64,000 nucleotides of DNA, taken from an uncultured bacterium. Its GTDB lineage: Bacteria; Patescibacteriota; Dojkabacteria; J137. The notes beneath the pieces are model-generated. The model was not told the origin of the DNA and did no database searches. It worked only from the letters and a program-made list of their open reading frames with translations. The position numbers and the translations under genes are program-made. Shown one piece after another: positions 10,923 to 20,582 of this stretch. The DNA lies in assembly GCA_963700155.1 (NCBI GenBank), contig OY969472.1:176271-240270 (forward strand), written 5' to 3'. Positions within the stretch are counted from its first letter, which is position 1. Every line of letters starts with the position of its first letter.

Positions 10923-11474
10923 TTAAATTTGTTTCTTTTCTAAATCTTCAAGTTCTTCTGATGTATATAATTCGGTTGGATCTTTTATATATTTAATAAA
11001 AAGTATTCCATTTAAGTGATCAATTTCATGCTGCACTACATGTGCAAAATAATCATCTGCTGTTAACTCAACTTTATCTCCTTCAATATTAGTATACTCT
11101 ACAGTAATCTTTTCGGATCTTTCAACTTCTCCAAATAAATCACCTTCATTAACACTAAGACATCCTTCCCATTTTAGTGAAGTTGTATCACTCTGTTTTT
11201 TGATTTCTGGATTTATCATAACTTCCCAAATTGGTTCTCCCTCGCCTTTATCATTCTGATCTCTTTCCTCTTCTAAGTCTACTCTTCTACAAATAGCAAC
11301 TCTTAAAACTACGCCAATTTGAGGTGCGGATAAACCAGCAGAATGTTCTTTTACTGAATCCAAGACTTCAAGCATATCGTCAATCAACTTTGAAATTTTT
11401 GTATCTTTAGGATCACTAACATTTTTAGATTTTTGTTCAAGTACAGGACTCCCGTACTGAAGTATCTTCTTCAT
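10923..11474 (-). CDS. def: Peptide deformylase
   Basis: The three PDF motifs are present: GLSAPQIG, EGCLS and HEIDHLNG. An insertion sits between motifs 1 and 2. Confidence 0.85.
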   Translation of the reverse strand: MKKILQYGSPVLEQKSKNVSDPKDTKISKLIDDMLEVLDSVKEHSAGLSAPQIGVVLRVAICRRVDLEEERDQNDKGEGEPIWEVMINPEIKKQSDTTSLKWEGCLSVNEGDLFGEVERSEKITVEYTNIEGDKVELTADDYFAHVVQHEIDHLNGILFIKYIKDPTELYTSEELEDLEKKQI

Positions 11475-11580
11475 CTTTTAAATTTAAATATAATAATATC
11501 TTCCAACGGAATTATATCAATATTATTTGGGATATTCTATCTTATATTAGTTTATACAGCTTTTAAGTAATTCTCTTTTT

Positions 11581-12030
11581 TTAAGGTTTTATTCTTACGA
11601 TTGTAATTATTTTATTAAGACTAGGACGATAAATAATCGCAGTGTCTGGGTATATAATAATTAGATCGTCATTTTCTGCATCAGTATATAAGCTTGGGTT
11701 TTGTTTTTTGAGATTGTCTATATCAGTAATTTGGGCAACAGTTGGCTTTTCAGAAGAATCTACTTTGATAACATTAGAGATGCTTTCTTCTAATGATTGA
11801 ATGCTTGAATCATCAAAAGCATTTAAACTATTCAACTCTATTTTCTTTTGAACCAAAAATAATATTAACCCAAGAAAAATAACTACTATTAAAATAAGTA
11901 TTATCATTCTGTCTCGTTTAGTTTTTCTCCTTTGTTTTTCTAAATCAAAATTTAATTCTGGAAGAAATAATGCTTGCTTTAGAAGGGTTAATCTTTTTTT
12001 TAATCTTTTTAGGTAACTATTATCTGACAT
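11581..12030 (-). CDS. Hypothetical single-pass membrane protein, paralogous to the extracellular domain of 19644..20420
   Basis: Basic N-terminus, one TM (MIILILIVVIFLGLILFLV), then a domain with the motif ITDIDNLKKQNP..YTDAENDDLIIIYPDTAIIYRP that recurs in the other gene. Confidence 0.55.
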   Translation of the reverse strand: MSDNSYLKRLKKRLTLLKQALFLPELNFDLEKQRRKTKRDRMIILILIVVIFLGLILFLVQKKIELNSLNAFDDSSIQSLEESISNVIKVDSSEKPTVAQITDIDNLKKQNPSLYTDAENDDLIIIYPDTAIIYRPSLNKIITIVRIKP

Positions 12031-12080
12031 TGGATTAATATTACTTTACGAAGATTTAAATTACAATCTATGAAATAGTA

Positions 12081-15000
12081 TTAATTTATTATTAAGTAGT
12101 CTATTTTAACATCAGTTTCTTGAGCTTTTTCAATTTCTATTGTAAAGCCTTGTCCAGGAATAATAGATTTTACTATTGGAAGTACAAATTGATTACTCGT
12201 TAGTTGTATATGAGAATCTTCTGTAACAGAAGTATTGTCAACTGTGATTTCAGTCTCTCCAGAAGCAATATTTGCTTGTCCAATGCTAGAGTTTGGTCCG
12301 GATTTAAGTGTTAATTTACCATTAGTATCTACACCTAAAAGTGTGTTACCACCAGCATCTAATAATTTAAATGCATTTTCATTTGAAACGATTTGCATTG
12401 TTAAATCAAATCCGGAAATATTTGTATATGATTTTGCTTCAATTGAATTATTTACAGAAAGTACTTTGTCTAATGATAATTTAGCATCAGAAATCTTTAG
12501 TAATTGTTCAAGTGGTGTAGACCCAGATTCAGAGTTAGGATTTAAATCATTATTTACTGCTAAACCATTACCAAGATAATTTAAATTTACAAACATTGTT
12601 ACTTCTCCGATACCTTGATCATCAAAATTAGTTAATGCCATTCCAATTGCTAAACCTGAGCCTTTTGATTTCATAGCTACCCCAGGTGTTGAAGAAGGGG
12701 CTAAATAATCTCCAGCTTCAATTGGTCCGTTTTCTGTTGTAACTTTAACCGGGACTCTCCCTGACAAAGCTACTGGAACTATTGAACCATTACCTAAAGT
12801 TTTACCATCATCAAGAACCATTCCAGGTCTTGTTGAAACTACTCCTAATACTTTTGCATCATCAGTTCCCTGACTTTTTCTAACCCCAAGTTCTAGTGTT
12901 GGATCTATTGAAACTACCTCACCTAAATTCAAATTATCAGTTGTAGGATAAATTTCTGCCAAGTCAGCACCTGAGGCTGCAATTTCCTGAATTGTTAACA
13001 TAACCTCATCTATTGTTGCATTATTTCCAAAAGAACCATTGGTATCCCTGGTTGAAGCACAAACAGTGTATGTTTGAGGTGAAGTCGAAGCTGGTGAATC
13101 AATTACCGTGAATGGTATCCAAATCTGCTGTATTGGATCAGTCATTGCTGCAACAAAATCATTACCGATTTGTAATCCTGAACAGTTTCCACTTCCTCTT
13201 CTGACTCTAATTCTGACTGCAGTTTCAGTATCATCTCCTCCAGAAGGATTGGTATATTCAATAGCTCCAGTAATTAATATTCTTTGTGATGTATTGTCAG
13301 GACTAATTGTTGGATTTGTTGGAGTTAATACTTCAATTTCTGTCCCCCATGTTGGACTAGTTCCCGGTGTTGGTGAGGTAATACTTGAATCATCTACAGA
13401 TTCTGTTGACGAATTTGCTGCAGGATTTGAATTAGCTCCACCACTAGTTCCGATAACAAGTGCCTCTAGTCCCCAGTCATAAATATTAGTGTCACCTGCT
13501 GCTACAGAAGCACAAAGTGAGTAACTCTGCGCAGAATTTCCTGGATTTGATGCAACACCATAAATATGAAGATTACCTACAGGAGTTGTGTTACTATTAT
13601 TTGTTGATATTGTATATGTAACTGTAGCATTTCCTACTGTTGTACCTGAACAGTTATTAGTTGTTTCAATTGTTAAAGTAAATGGCTGGTCAGTATTATT
13701 ACCACTATGTAAATCTGCAAAACCTGAGACATAAACATCATCTGTAGTAGAACCTGGAGTTACAGAAACAGTACCTAATGTTGTTTGTGAAGAACTTGAA
13801 ATGTTTATAAAGCTATCACTTGTCTTGTATGCTGCATCGTGCTGTAGATTTATTCCTGTTCCTCCGATACAATTTGTCCAAGCCCCATTTTCATAACATC
13901 TAAATTTGTTAGTATTTGAATTATAGTAAATTGCACCGTTGGTGCCGGTGGGGTCGCCAGAGGTATTTTTGACATCAACTTTCAATAAATCCGGAGTTGC
14001 TGAACCAGAACCACCGGCACCAATCTGTACTGATCCAGTAGTCCCGGTTCCTGCTACCTGTAAATTAATATTTCCTGTTCCAGATTGAATTGTTGTTGTT
14101 GATGTTGATGTTGCTGAACCAAGCACTAATGTTTTTGCTGCAGCACCAGTTCCTACATTTATTGTTTCAGCACTTGCATCTCCACCAATTGTAATCGAGC
14201 CTGTAGTCCCAGACTCTATTGTTAAAGCTCTTGCAGCAGCAGTTGTAATATCTGTTCCAATTGTCCCGTTAAATTGTATCCCATTTGTAACTGTTCCTGC
14301 AGTTCTAGTAATGTTTAAAGCATTCGTAAGAGTTCCACCGGTAGTTTGATTAATCAACAAAGCATTAGTCAATGTTGTAGTACTTGTTAAGACTTCCGAA
14401 GTCCCAGCAATTGTTGTAAATGCTCCAGTAGATGGTGTTGTAGTACCTATTGCTGTTCCGTTTATTCCGGTTGAGGTAGTATTAATATTCGATGATGTTA
14501 ATGTTAACAAGTTTGCTCCAGTTGATATACTTGAAGCTGATAAACCTGAAAGTGCTAATGCTCCTGATGTTGATGTTAGATTGATAGCACCTGTTGTAAC
14601 TGTAAGACCAGTTGCAAATGTTGGATTTGAAACTGTCGCAAGTGTTATTGTTCCAGACCCGTTATTTGTTGTTGTTATATTTGTACCTTGTGCTAGTAAT
14701 AATGTTCCACCTTGGGATATCGTGCTATTTGTTCCGCTAGATGCTGAAGCAGTAAATATGCTGCCTCCAGATGTTAAACAAGTTGCACAAGTTAATGTTA
14801 ATCCAGCACCACCTAATGTTGCTGAACCCCCTCCTCCTAATGGTCCAGTAGTCCCTATAGTTACACTTGAATTTGCAAGTTGTGAATTTGTTATTCCTGC
14901 TGTTGCAGAAAGATTTGTTGTTGTTAGTCCTGAAATTGCAACATTAGCAGCAGCTGTTAACCTTCCTTGAGCATCAACTGTGTAAGTTGGGATATTTGTT

Positions 15001-18000
15001 GCACTTCCATAACTTCCTGCGGATACTGCAGTATTAGCTAAGTTTATAGTTGCTGATCCTCCTAACGCTAATGGTGAACCCCCTGTTATACTTATACCTG
15101 TTCCATTATTTAGAGTTACACTTGAATTTGCAAGATTAGCATTTGTTATTCCTGCACTTCCTGACAGATTGGAATTAGTTAATCCTGTTATTGTATTTGA
15201 ACCAGCTGCAATAGTTTTATTTGTTAGTACATCAATCGATGTAGGAGTAATATACCCTGCATCATTTGTCCATTGAGAAATATTTGCTGAAGTGAAGTTT
15301 GATGTTGTTAATCCTGAAATAGCAACACTTGCAGCGGCAGTTAACCTACCTTGAGCATCAACTGTAAATGTACCAATTGTTGAACCACTTCCATATGATC
15401 CTGGGGTAACAGTAGTATTTGCAATATTAATCGTTACAGTACCACTTCCATTATTAACTGTTGTGATTCCTGTACCTTGTGCTAAGGTAAGCGTTCCCCC
15501 ATCTGAAATTGTAGAATCAGAACCAGAACCTGCTGTAAGAGTAAACGATCCACCTCCGCTGGAACCTATGCAATCAACCCAGGAACTATTTTCAAAACAT
15601 CTAAATTTATCATTTGTAGTATTATAATAAATTCCACCGTTTGCCCCTGTAGGATCATTTGTCCCATTATCCAATACTAGTAAATCAGGAGTGTCTGTCC
15701 CACTATTCCCAATTAGAACCTGGCCGCTAGAACCAGTACTTCCAATTGTAAAATTTGCATTACCTGTACCTGATTTGATATTTAATGCTGTTGTAGTTGT
15801 ATTATTGCCTATTGTTATAGTTTTTGCATTTGTACTTGTTCCCAAATTTACCGCCCCTGTTGTACCTGAATCTAAAGTTAAGGCAGTTGCATTACCTGAT
15901 TTAACCGTTAAAGCTCCTCCTCCTGTGACAATTGCTCCTGCAGCTCCTAAATTAATCGCTGTAGCTGCTCCACCAACATTTAGTGTAGTAACATTTGTAT
16001 TGAATAAGTTTGCATTAGTAGCAGTTGTTGTTAAATCACCACCATTAACTCCAATATCACCTGCTGTAATAATGTTAAAGGCTCCAGTCTGATTCCAATC
16101 TTCAGTTAAATCTCCAAGGGAGACTGTATTTCCACTATTATTAAGTCCACTTGCAAAAGTAAAACTTGCGTTAGCTGAAAGTTGTACCCATCCACCAATA
16201 TGTGTTGAATATGTATATGAGATATCATGGTAAGCACTATTAGTATTTCCTACATAAAGTGCATCATTGTTGTTTGGAGATTCTGTTGTATATGTAAAAC
16301 TTCCTGGAGAACCACCAGAGATATGAATTTGATAATCTTTAAGTCCGGAAAGTGAACCTGCAGGAGTTGTACTTGAATTAAATGCAACTCCAAAACTATC
16401 ACCAACTGTTAGTGACTTTATTAAGACCCAAGTTGGATCTTGATATTGAACAAGATCACCAGGTGCAAATCCTGACCATACTCCTGTATTTCCACCAGTA
16501 TTAATCAAATAAGTATCATTATTTACTGGTGATCCAGGAGGAGTGCTTGCATCCTCTATTACATTTATTTCTTCTAACGGGTTATGCCATACAAGACCTG
16601 TAGCAATGTTATCAACATAAGTTTTTACAGCATTTTGAGTAGGATATAAAACGTCTGATGTTCCTAATGTTGTTGATGTCGATTTATTAGCAACATTTTC
16701 AGGGGTAAAGCCTAAAGCATCTTGCTTTCCATTAAACGTATTCCAGTCAGTTGATGTTAAAAATCCTGTTAAGGTAGAACTGGCAGCTTGGTCACCATCA
16801 TAATTCAGTGAAATAGCACCACTAGAATCAATAGTAGCATCTCCACTCAGAACCCTAGTAACCCAAGATGTACCGCTTCCAATTAATAAATTACCAGCAG
16901 TTGGAGTTGTTAAACCTAAAGTATTCCCATTAATCTTAGCTACAGTTGTAGCACCTTGTGTTCCTGTAACATCTCCGGCTAATGAACCTGTAAAATTTGT
17001 TGCAGATGTAGCTGTCGAAGCATTCCCTGAGACATCTATTGAATAGGTACCTGTGTTTATAACAGTGGAATAATTTCCAGCAGTAAGATTTGTTGCTGTT
17101 AAATTTGTTATTGTATTAAGTGATGCATTAATAGTTTTATTAGTTAATTCTTGTGTTGAACTTGCAGTGACATAACTAGAATCATTTGTCCATTGTGAAA
17201 TATTTGAAGATCCAAAATTGCTTACTGTTAAACCAGATATCCCAACATTACTTGCAGCAGTTAGTCTACCTTGAGCATCAACTGTATAAGTAGGAATAGT
17301 CGCTCCACCACCATAACTTCCAGCTGTCACAGTTGTATTTGCTAGGTTAATTGTTATTGTGCCTGATCCGCCGTTTACAGTTGTAATACCTGTGCCTTGT
17401 GATAATGTTAATGATCCCCCCTGTGATATGGTACTGTTGCTTCCACTACTAGCTACCGCAGTAAATAGGCTTCCTCCACTAGTTATACATGTAGTACAAG
17501 TTAATGTTAATGCAGAACCTCCAAGAGAAACTGACCCACCTCCTCCGAGTGGTCCAGAAGTATTTACAGTTACACTCGAATTTGCTAATTGAGAATTTGT
17601 TATTCCAGCTGTACCTGAAAGGTTTGTTGTTGTTAAACCTGCAATTGCTGTATTACTTGCAGAAGTTAACCTACCTTGCGCATCCACGGTAAATGAAGGC
17701 ACAGTAGTTCCACTACCATAACTCCCCGCAGTAACTAAAGTATCAGATAGATTAACCGTTGCTATACCTCCAAGAGCTAATGAACTACCTCCAGTAACAC
17801 TAATTCCTAAACCACTGTTTAATGTCACATAAGGAGTTGCTAAATTAGCATTTGTTATTCCCGCACTTCCAGATAAACTCGTATTAGTTAATCCCCCAAT
17901 TGCTACATTACTGGCTGAAGTCAACCTTCCATAAGTATCAACAGTAAATACTGGTACAGAATTCGAAGTCCCATAAGTAGCTGCAGTAATTCCTGATGGA

Positions 18001-18659
18001 CTTAACGCTGAACAAGATGGACAATCAATTGTTAATGAACCACCCAAACTAACTGAACCACCACCGGTTATTGGTCCTGATGTTTTTATATTTAAACTAG
18101 AATTCGCCAATTGTGAATTGGCTAACCCGAAAATACTATTTTGATCAAAATTTGAACCATTACCATTTGCTCCAACTATAGCAATGTCTCCAATATTAGT
18201 TCCGGGTACTCTTCCTTGAAGATACTCAGCATTTAAATTATTAATCAGACCAGTATCAGGGATTATAAGATATGAACTAGAAATAAGCTTAAGTGGTACT
18301 GTTGGGCTAAGTGTACTTGTTGGAGTTTCAGACTGTTGGCCACTATTATTACTTCCAAACCCACCTGTTCCTCCTGTACCCCCAGTCCCTCCATTATTAT
18401 TTGAAGAGCTTCCAGATGGATTAATCTGTAATACCTGGTTTGTATCTAATATAGTAACTTTTGTAACTTGATTGTAAGCATCTGGATTTACTGGTTTAAG
18501 CAAATCTAAAGATACTCTTCCAACAGGTTGAAATATACTTTGCAAAAAAGATGGCTGCTGCTCTTCAACACCATTTGTAACACCACCATTAGTATAGCCA
18601 AGTAAGTCAGAAGTTTGAGTCTGGGAAGAAATTAAACAATAAAAATAATAACAGTACAA
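12081..18659 (-). CDS. Giant (>=2192 aa) Gly/Thr/Ser/Asn-rich repeat protein, adhesin- or fibre-like. The start is probably wrong and it is likely fused to 18607..18978 by a +1 frame change.
   Basis: At least five copies of an approximately 100-aa module (..SGSAGITNANLANSSVTLN.G.GISITGG..LALGG.ATINLANT.V.AGSYGS...IPTYTVDAQGRLTAA.NVAISGLTT.N). Two copies of a G.IYYN..N.KFRC(F/Y)EN..W..CIG motif resembling phage tail-fibre-type repeats. A non-repetitive C-terminal domain. The track start is a TTG, and no Met occurs in the first roughly 700 residues. No signal peptide. Confidence 0.75.
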   Translation of the reverse strand: MYCYYFYCLISSQTQTSDLLGYTNGGVTNGVEEQQPSFLQSIFQPVGRVSLDLLKPVNPDAYNQVTKVTILDTNQVLQINPSGSSSNNNGGTGGTGGTGGFGSNNSGQQSETPTSTLSPTVPLKLISSSYLIIPDTGLINNLNAEYLQGRVPGTNIGDIAIVGANGNGSNFDQNSIFGLANSQLANSSLNIKTSGPITGGGSVSLGGSLTIDCPSCSALSPSGITAATYGTSNSVPVFTVDTYGRLTSASNVAIGGLTNTSLSGSAGITNANLATPYVTLNSGLGISVTGGSSLALGGIATVNLSDTLVTAGSYGSGTTVPSFTVDAQGRLTSASNTAIAGLTTTNLSGTAGITNSQLANSSVTVNTSGPLGGGGSVSLGGSALTLTCTTCITSGGSLFTAVASSGSNSTISQGGSLTLSQGTGITTVNGGSGTITINLANTTVTAGSYGGGATIPTYTVDAQGRLTAASNVGISGLTVSNFGSSNISQWTNDSSYVTASSTQELTNKTINASLNTITNLTATNLTAGNYSTVINTGTYSIDVSGNASTATSATNFTGSLAGDVTGTQGATTVAKINGNTLGLTTPTAGNLLIGSGTSWVTRVLSGDATIDSSGAISLNYDGDQAASSTLTGFLTSTDWNTFNGKQDALGFTPENVANKSTSTTLGTSDVLYPTQNAVKTYVDNIATGLVWHNPLEEINVIEDASTPPGSPVNNDTYLINTGGNTGVWSGFAPGDLVQYQDPTWVLIKSLTVGDSFGVAFNSSTTPAGSLSGLKDYQIHISGGSPGSFTYTTESPNNNDALYVGNTNSAYHDISYTYSTHIGGWVQLSANASFTFASGLNNSGNTVSLGDLTEDWNQTGAFNIITAGDIGVNGGDLTTTATNANLFNTNVTTLNVGGAATAINLGAAGAIVTGGGALTVKSGNATALTLDSGTTGAVNLGTSTNAKTITIGNNTTTTALNIKSGTGNANFTIGSTGSSGQVLIGNSGTDTPDLLVLDNGTNDPTGANGGIYYNTTNDKFRCFENSSWVDCIGSSGGGSFTLTAGSGSDSTISDGGTLTLAQGTGITTVNNGSGTVTINIANTTVTPGSYGSGSTIGTFTVDAQGRLTAAASVAISGLTTSNFTSANISQWTNDAGYITPTSIDVLTNKTIAAGSNTITGLTNSNLSGSAGITNANLANSSVTLNNGTGISITGGSPLALGGSATINLANTAVSAGSYGSATNIPTYTVDAQGRLTAAANVAISGLTTTNLSATAGITNSQLANSSVTIGTTGPLGGGGSATLGGAGLTLTCATCLTSGGSIFTASASSGTNSTISQGGTLLLAQGTNITTTNNGSGTITLATVSNPTFATGLTVTTGAINLTSTSGALALSGLSASSISTGANLLTLTSSNINTTSTGINGTAIGTTTPSTGAFTTIAGTSEVLTSTTTLTNALLINQTTGGTLTNALNITRTAGTVTNGIQFNGTIGTDITTAAARALTIESGTTGSITIGGDASAETINVGTGAAAKTLVLGSATSTSTTTIQSGTGNINLQVAGTGTTGSVQIGAGGSGSATPDLLKVDVKNTSGDPTGTNGAIYYNSNTNKFRCYENGAWTNCIGGTGINLQHDAAYKTSDSFINISSSSQTTLGTVSVTPGSTTDDVYVSGFADLHSGNNTDQPFTLTIETTNNCSGTTVGNATVTYTISTNNSNTTPVGNLHIYGVASNPGNSAQSYSLCASVAAGDTNIYDWGLEALVIGTSGGANSNPAANSSTESVDDSSITSPTPGTSPTWGTEIEVLTPTNPTISPDNTSQRILITGAIEYTNPSGGDDTETAVRIRVRRGSGNCSGLQIGNDFVAAMTDPIQQIWIPFTVIDSPASTSPQTYTVCASTRDTNGSFGNNATIDEVMLTIQEIAASGADLAEIYPTTDNLNLGEVVSIDPTLELGVRKSQGTDDAKVLGVVSTRPGMVLDDGKTLGNGSIVPVALSGRVPVKVTTENGPIEAGDYLAPSSTPGVAMKSKGSGLAIGMALTNFDDQGIGEVTMFVNLNYLGNGLAVNNDLNPNSESGSTPLEQLLKISDAKLSLDKVLSVNNSIEAKSYTNISGFDLTMQIVSNENAFKLLDAGGNTLLGVDTNGKLTLKSGPNSSIGQANIASGETEITVDNTSVTEDSHIQLTSNQFVLPIVKSIIPGQGFTIEIEKAQETDVKIDYLIIN

Positions 18660-18978
18660 TTATTATGTATATTAACGCGATTATTCCTAGAATAATCGCG
18701 GCTTTCTTTAGTCTCTTTAAAAGCTTAACTGTTCTTCTCTCCATCTGAAAATCTGCAAGTTTTGCGCGCTCTGCAATAGAAATTCCTTTATTTGCATTAA
18801 TTCTGGCAATATCTTCTTTTGTACTAACATGCATTCCTTGCAAAGTTAATTCTCTTAATTCTTTTACACTAATTCCTAACAATCTTGCTGCTTCTTCTTC
18901 AGGGAGACTTAGATTATTGTTTTGTCTAGAAGTTGGGTTATTATTTAATTGATTTTTTAAATTTGAAGTTTGTTCCAT
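18607..18978 (-). CDS. Small protein with an HTH-like segment and a C-terminal TM helix. Probably the true N-terminus of the giant protein.
   Basis: Starts at an ATG. EEAARLLGISVKELRELTLQGM is helix-turn-helix-like. The C-terminal AAIILGIIALIYIIIVLLLFLLFNFF is a TM. Its last 53 nt overlap the giant ORF in another frame. Confidence 0.55.
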   Translation of the reverse strand: MEQTSNLKNQLNNNPTSRQNNNLSLPEEEAARLLGISVKELRELTLQGMHVSTKEDIARINANKGISIAERAKLADFQMERRTVKLLKRLKKAAIILGIIALIYIIIVLLLFLLFNFFPDSNF

Positions 18979-19106
18979 TTATTTAAGACTAGTTTGATTA
19001 TTAATTATTTTATAACTTAATTAACAGCTGATTCTACATAGAAATCCAGACAAAAATCACTTATTGATCAACTCAATAACAATCTATACTAAATTGGAAA
19101 AAAAAT

Positions 19107-19529
19107 CTACATATTATCCTCAGTTTTTTTTTCTTCCTGGTCTAAGTTTTTCTTTTCATCATCTAATAACTTTTTGACCATTTGAAAAATGACCTCGAGA
19201 CTTGAATTTGCTTTTTCCAGAAAATATGAAGGGTGATCTTTTATGGCCTCAGTAATAATGCTAGTATCAGGCTCTAAGTTGGTAAGAATAATTACTTTAA
19301 CTTTTGAACCAAATTCCTCATCTGCCCTTAAATCAGTCAACATTTTCATACCATCCATTTCTGGCATTAATATGTCAGTTATAATTAAATCAGGATGTTG
19401 CTTTAAAGCTATATCTAAACCTACCTTGCCATTTTCAGCAGTCATAACTTCATAACCTAAATCTTTTAAACCATTTTCAAGCACCTCACTTAAAGAAAGT
19501 TCATCTTCAACAACTAATATTCGCTTCAT
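19107..19529 (-). CDS. Single-domain response regulator (CheY-like receiver)
   Basis: ILVVEDE...DLIITDILMPEMDG carries the phospho-acceptor Asp. ILTN and a downstream Lys follow. There is no output domain. Confidence 0.85.
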   Translation of the reverse strand: MKRILVVEDELSLSEVLENGLKDLGYEVMTAENGKVGLDIALKQHPDLIITDILMPEMDGMKMLTDLRADEEFGSKVKVIILTNLEPDTSIITEAIKDHPSYFLEKANSSLEVIFQMVKKLLDDEKKNLDQEEKKTEDNM

Positions 19530-19643
19530 AATGTTTATACCTTATAAAAATAAAATAGTAATTTAGAATATTTTTAACATAAATCTGAATCTATAGAAAA
19601 TATTTTATTGTATTTTCTAATCAATTGCTAATAATATTATTAA

Positions 19644-20420
19644 TTAAACCTTTTGATATGTGGTTGAGAAATTAGCCGAAGTGACAAAGCTTTGACTATC
19701 TGAATTATATACTGCAATCTTACCTGCATCACTAAAAATAACGATTATGTCATTTTTTCTAGCCAGTTTATAAAATTCTTTATTTGATTCACTTTGATTT
19801 CTTAATTGATCAGGATCAGCTATAACAGACAACTGAGGTATTTCATTAGAATCTTCAGAAATCAGTTTTTCAGATTTTGCTAATTTAATTATATTATTAA
19901 CAAGAATTTGTTGATTGTTTTTCTCAATAATACTAGGACTATCACCTTCATAAATAACTTTTCCCTCATCTTTTCGATAGATTATTATATTATCATTGTA
20001 AACAAGTACAATATCTCCATTTTTCGCATCTTTATATACTTGCTCATTTATAACATTGGAAGATTTCAATTGATCAATATCTGAAACTGTAGCAACTACA
20101 GGAATCTCTGTATCTGGATATTTGTTTTTAGCCTTAGAAAGAACTTCATTTATTAATAACTGATTTTGTATATTTTTAAAAAACTCAATTGGATTATATA
20201 CCGATAGGAGTGTGATTACTTGTAGCACAATAATTATAAACAACAGTCCCTTAAGAGTTCGAAGTTTAATTAAATTCTGTTTAATATTAACTTTTGAGAG
20301 ATTTAAATGAAATCTATTCTTATATTCTAAATTTTTTGATTGTTTGTCTATAGGTGTTGATTTGTATTTTAAGTTTTTTCCCAAAGTCTTAAATTCGCTT
20401 TTTATATTTGTTTTGATCAT
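19644..20420 (-). CDS. Hypothetical single-pass membrane protein with two copies of the domain found in 11581..12030
   Basis: The track ORF extends to 20477 but overlaps tRNA-Leu. It is trimmed to the ATG at 20418-20420 (MIKTNIK...). TM is LLFIIIVLQVITLLSV. Repeats are VATVSDIDQLKSS...GDIVLVYNDNIIIYRK and LSVIADPDQLRN...NDIIVIFSDAGKIAVY. Confidence 0.55.
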   Translation of the reverse strand: MIKTNIKSEFKTLGKNLKYKSTPIDKQSKNLEYKNRFHLNLSKVNIKQNLIKLRTLKGLLFIIIVLQVITLLSVYNPIEFFKNIQNQLLINEVLSKAKNKYPDTEIPVVATVSDIDQLKSSNVINEQVYKDAKNGDIVLVYNDNIIIYRKDEGKVIYEGDSPSIIEKNNQQILVNNIIKLAKSEKLISEDSNEIPQLSVIADPDQLRNQSESNKEFYKLARKNDIIVIFSDAGKIAVYNSDSQSFVTSANFSTTYQKV

Positions 20421-20437
20421 CAGCTTTGAAAAATATA

Positions 20438-20519
20438 TACCGAGGGAGGGACTCGAACCCTCACACCCTAAGGGCAAAGGATTTTAAGTCCTTCGTGTCT
20501 ACCATTCCACCACCTCGGC
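20438..20519 (-). tRNA. tRNA-Leu (anticodon TAA), type II with long variable arm, no encoded CCA
   Basis: Reverse complement is GCCGAGGTGGTGGAATGGTAGACACGAAGGACTTAAAATCCTTTGCCCTTAGGGTGTGAGGGTTCGAGTCCCTCCCTCGGTA. It has a 7-bp acceptor stem, anticodon loop CTTAAAA, a long variable arm, the GGTTCGAGTCC T-loop and discriminator A. Confidence 0.9.
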
Positions 20520-20582
20520 ATAAAATAAATTTGCGAAGAAATTATAACTATAAATTCAAAAACTTTCCATAAGATTATTTAA

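Noticed and set aside
12081-12500. Peptidase S74 intramolecular chaperone domain at the C-terminus of the giant protein
   Set aside because: The hallmark SD.RLK.NI...IGFIAQE signature is absent. The C-terminal domain is left unassigned.
5229-19455. Short antisense or overlapping ORFs in the track (5229..5432, 5348..5599, 6331..6525, 6621..6857, 7384..7641, 8470..8936 group, 9583..9949 group, 12235..12579, 13108..13482, 14581..14970, 15691..16092, 17359..17692 group, 19243..19455)
   Set aside because: Each lies wholly inside a longer, well-supported gene on the opposite strand. Several are Pro/Val-rich mirror frames of Gly/Thr/Cys-rich genes. They are called spurious.
20421-20477. N-terminal 19 codons of track ORF 19644..20477 (MPLGCEGSSPSLG...)
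   Set aside because: They are the reverse translation of tRNA-Leu(TAA). The gene is trimmed to the ATG at 20420.
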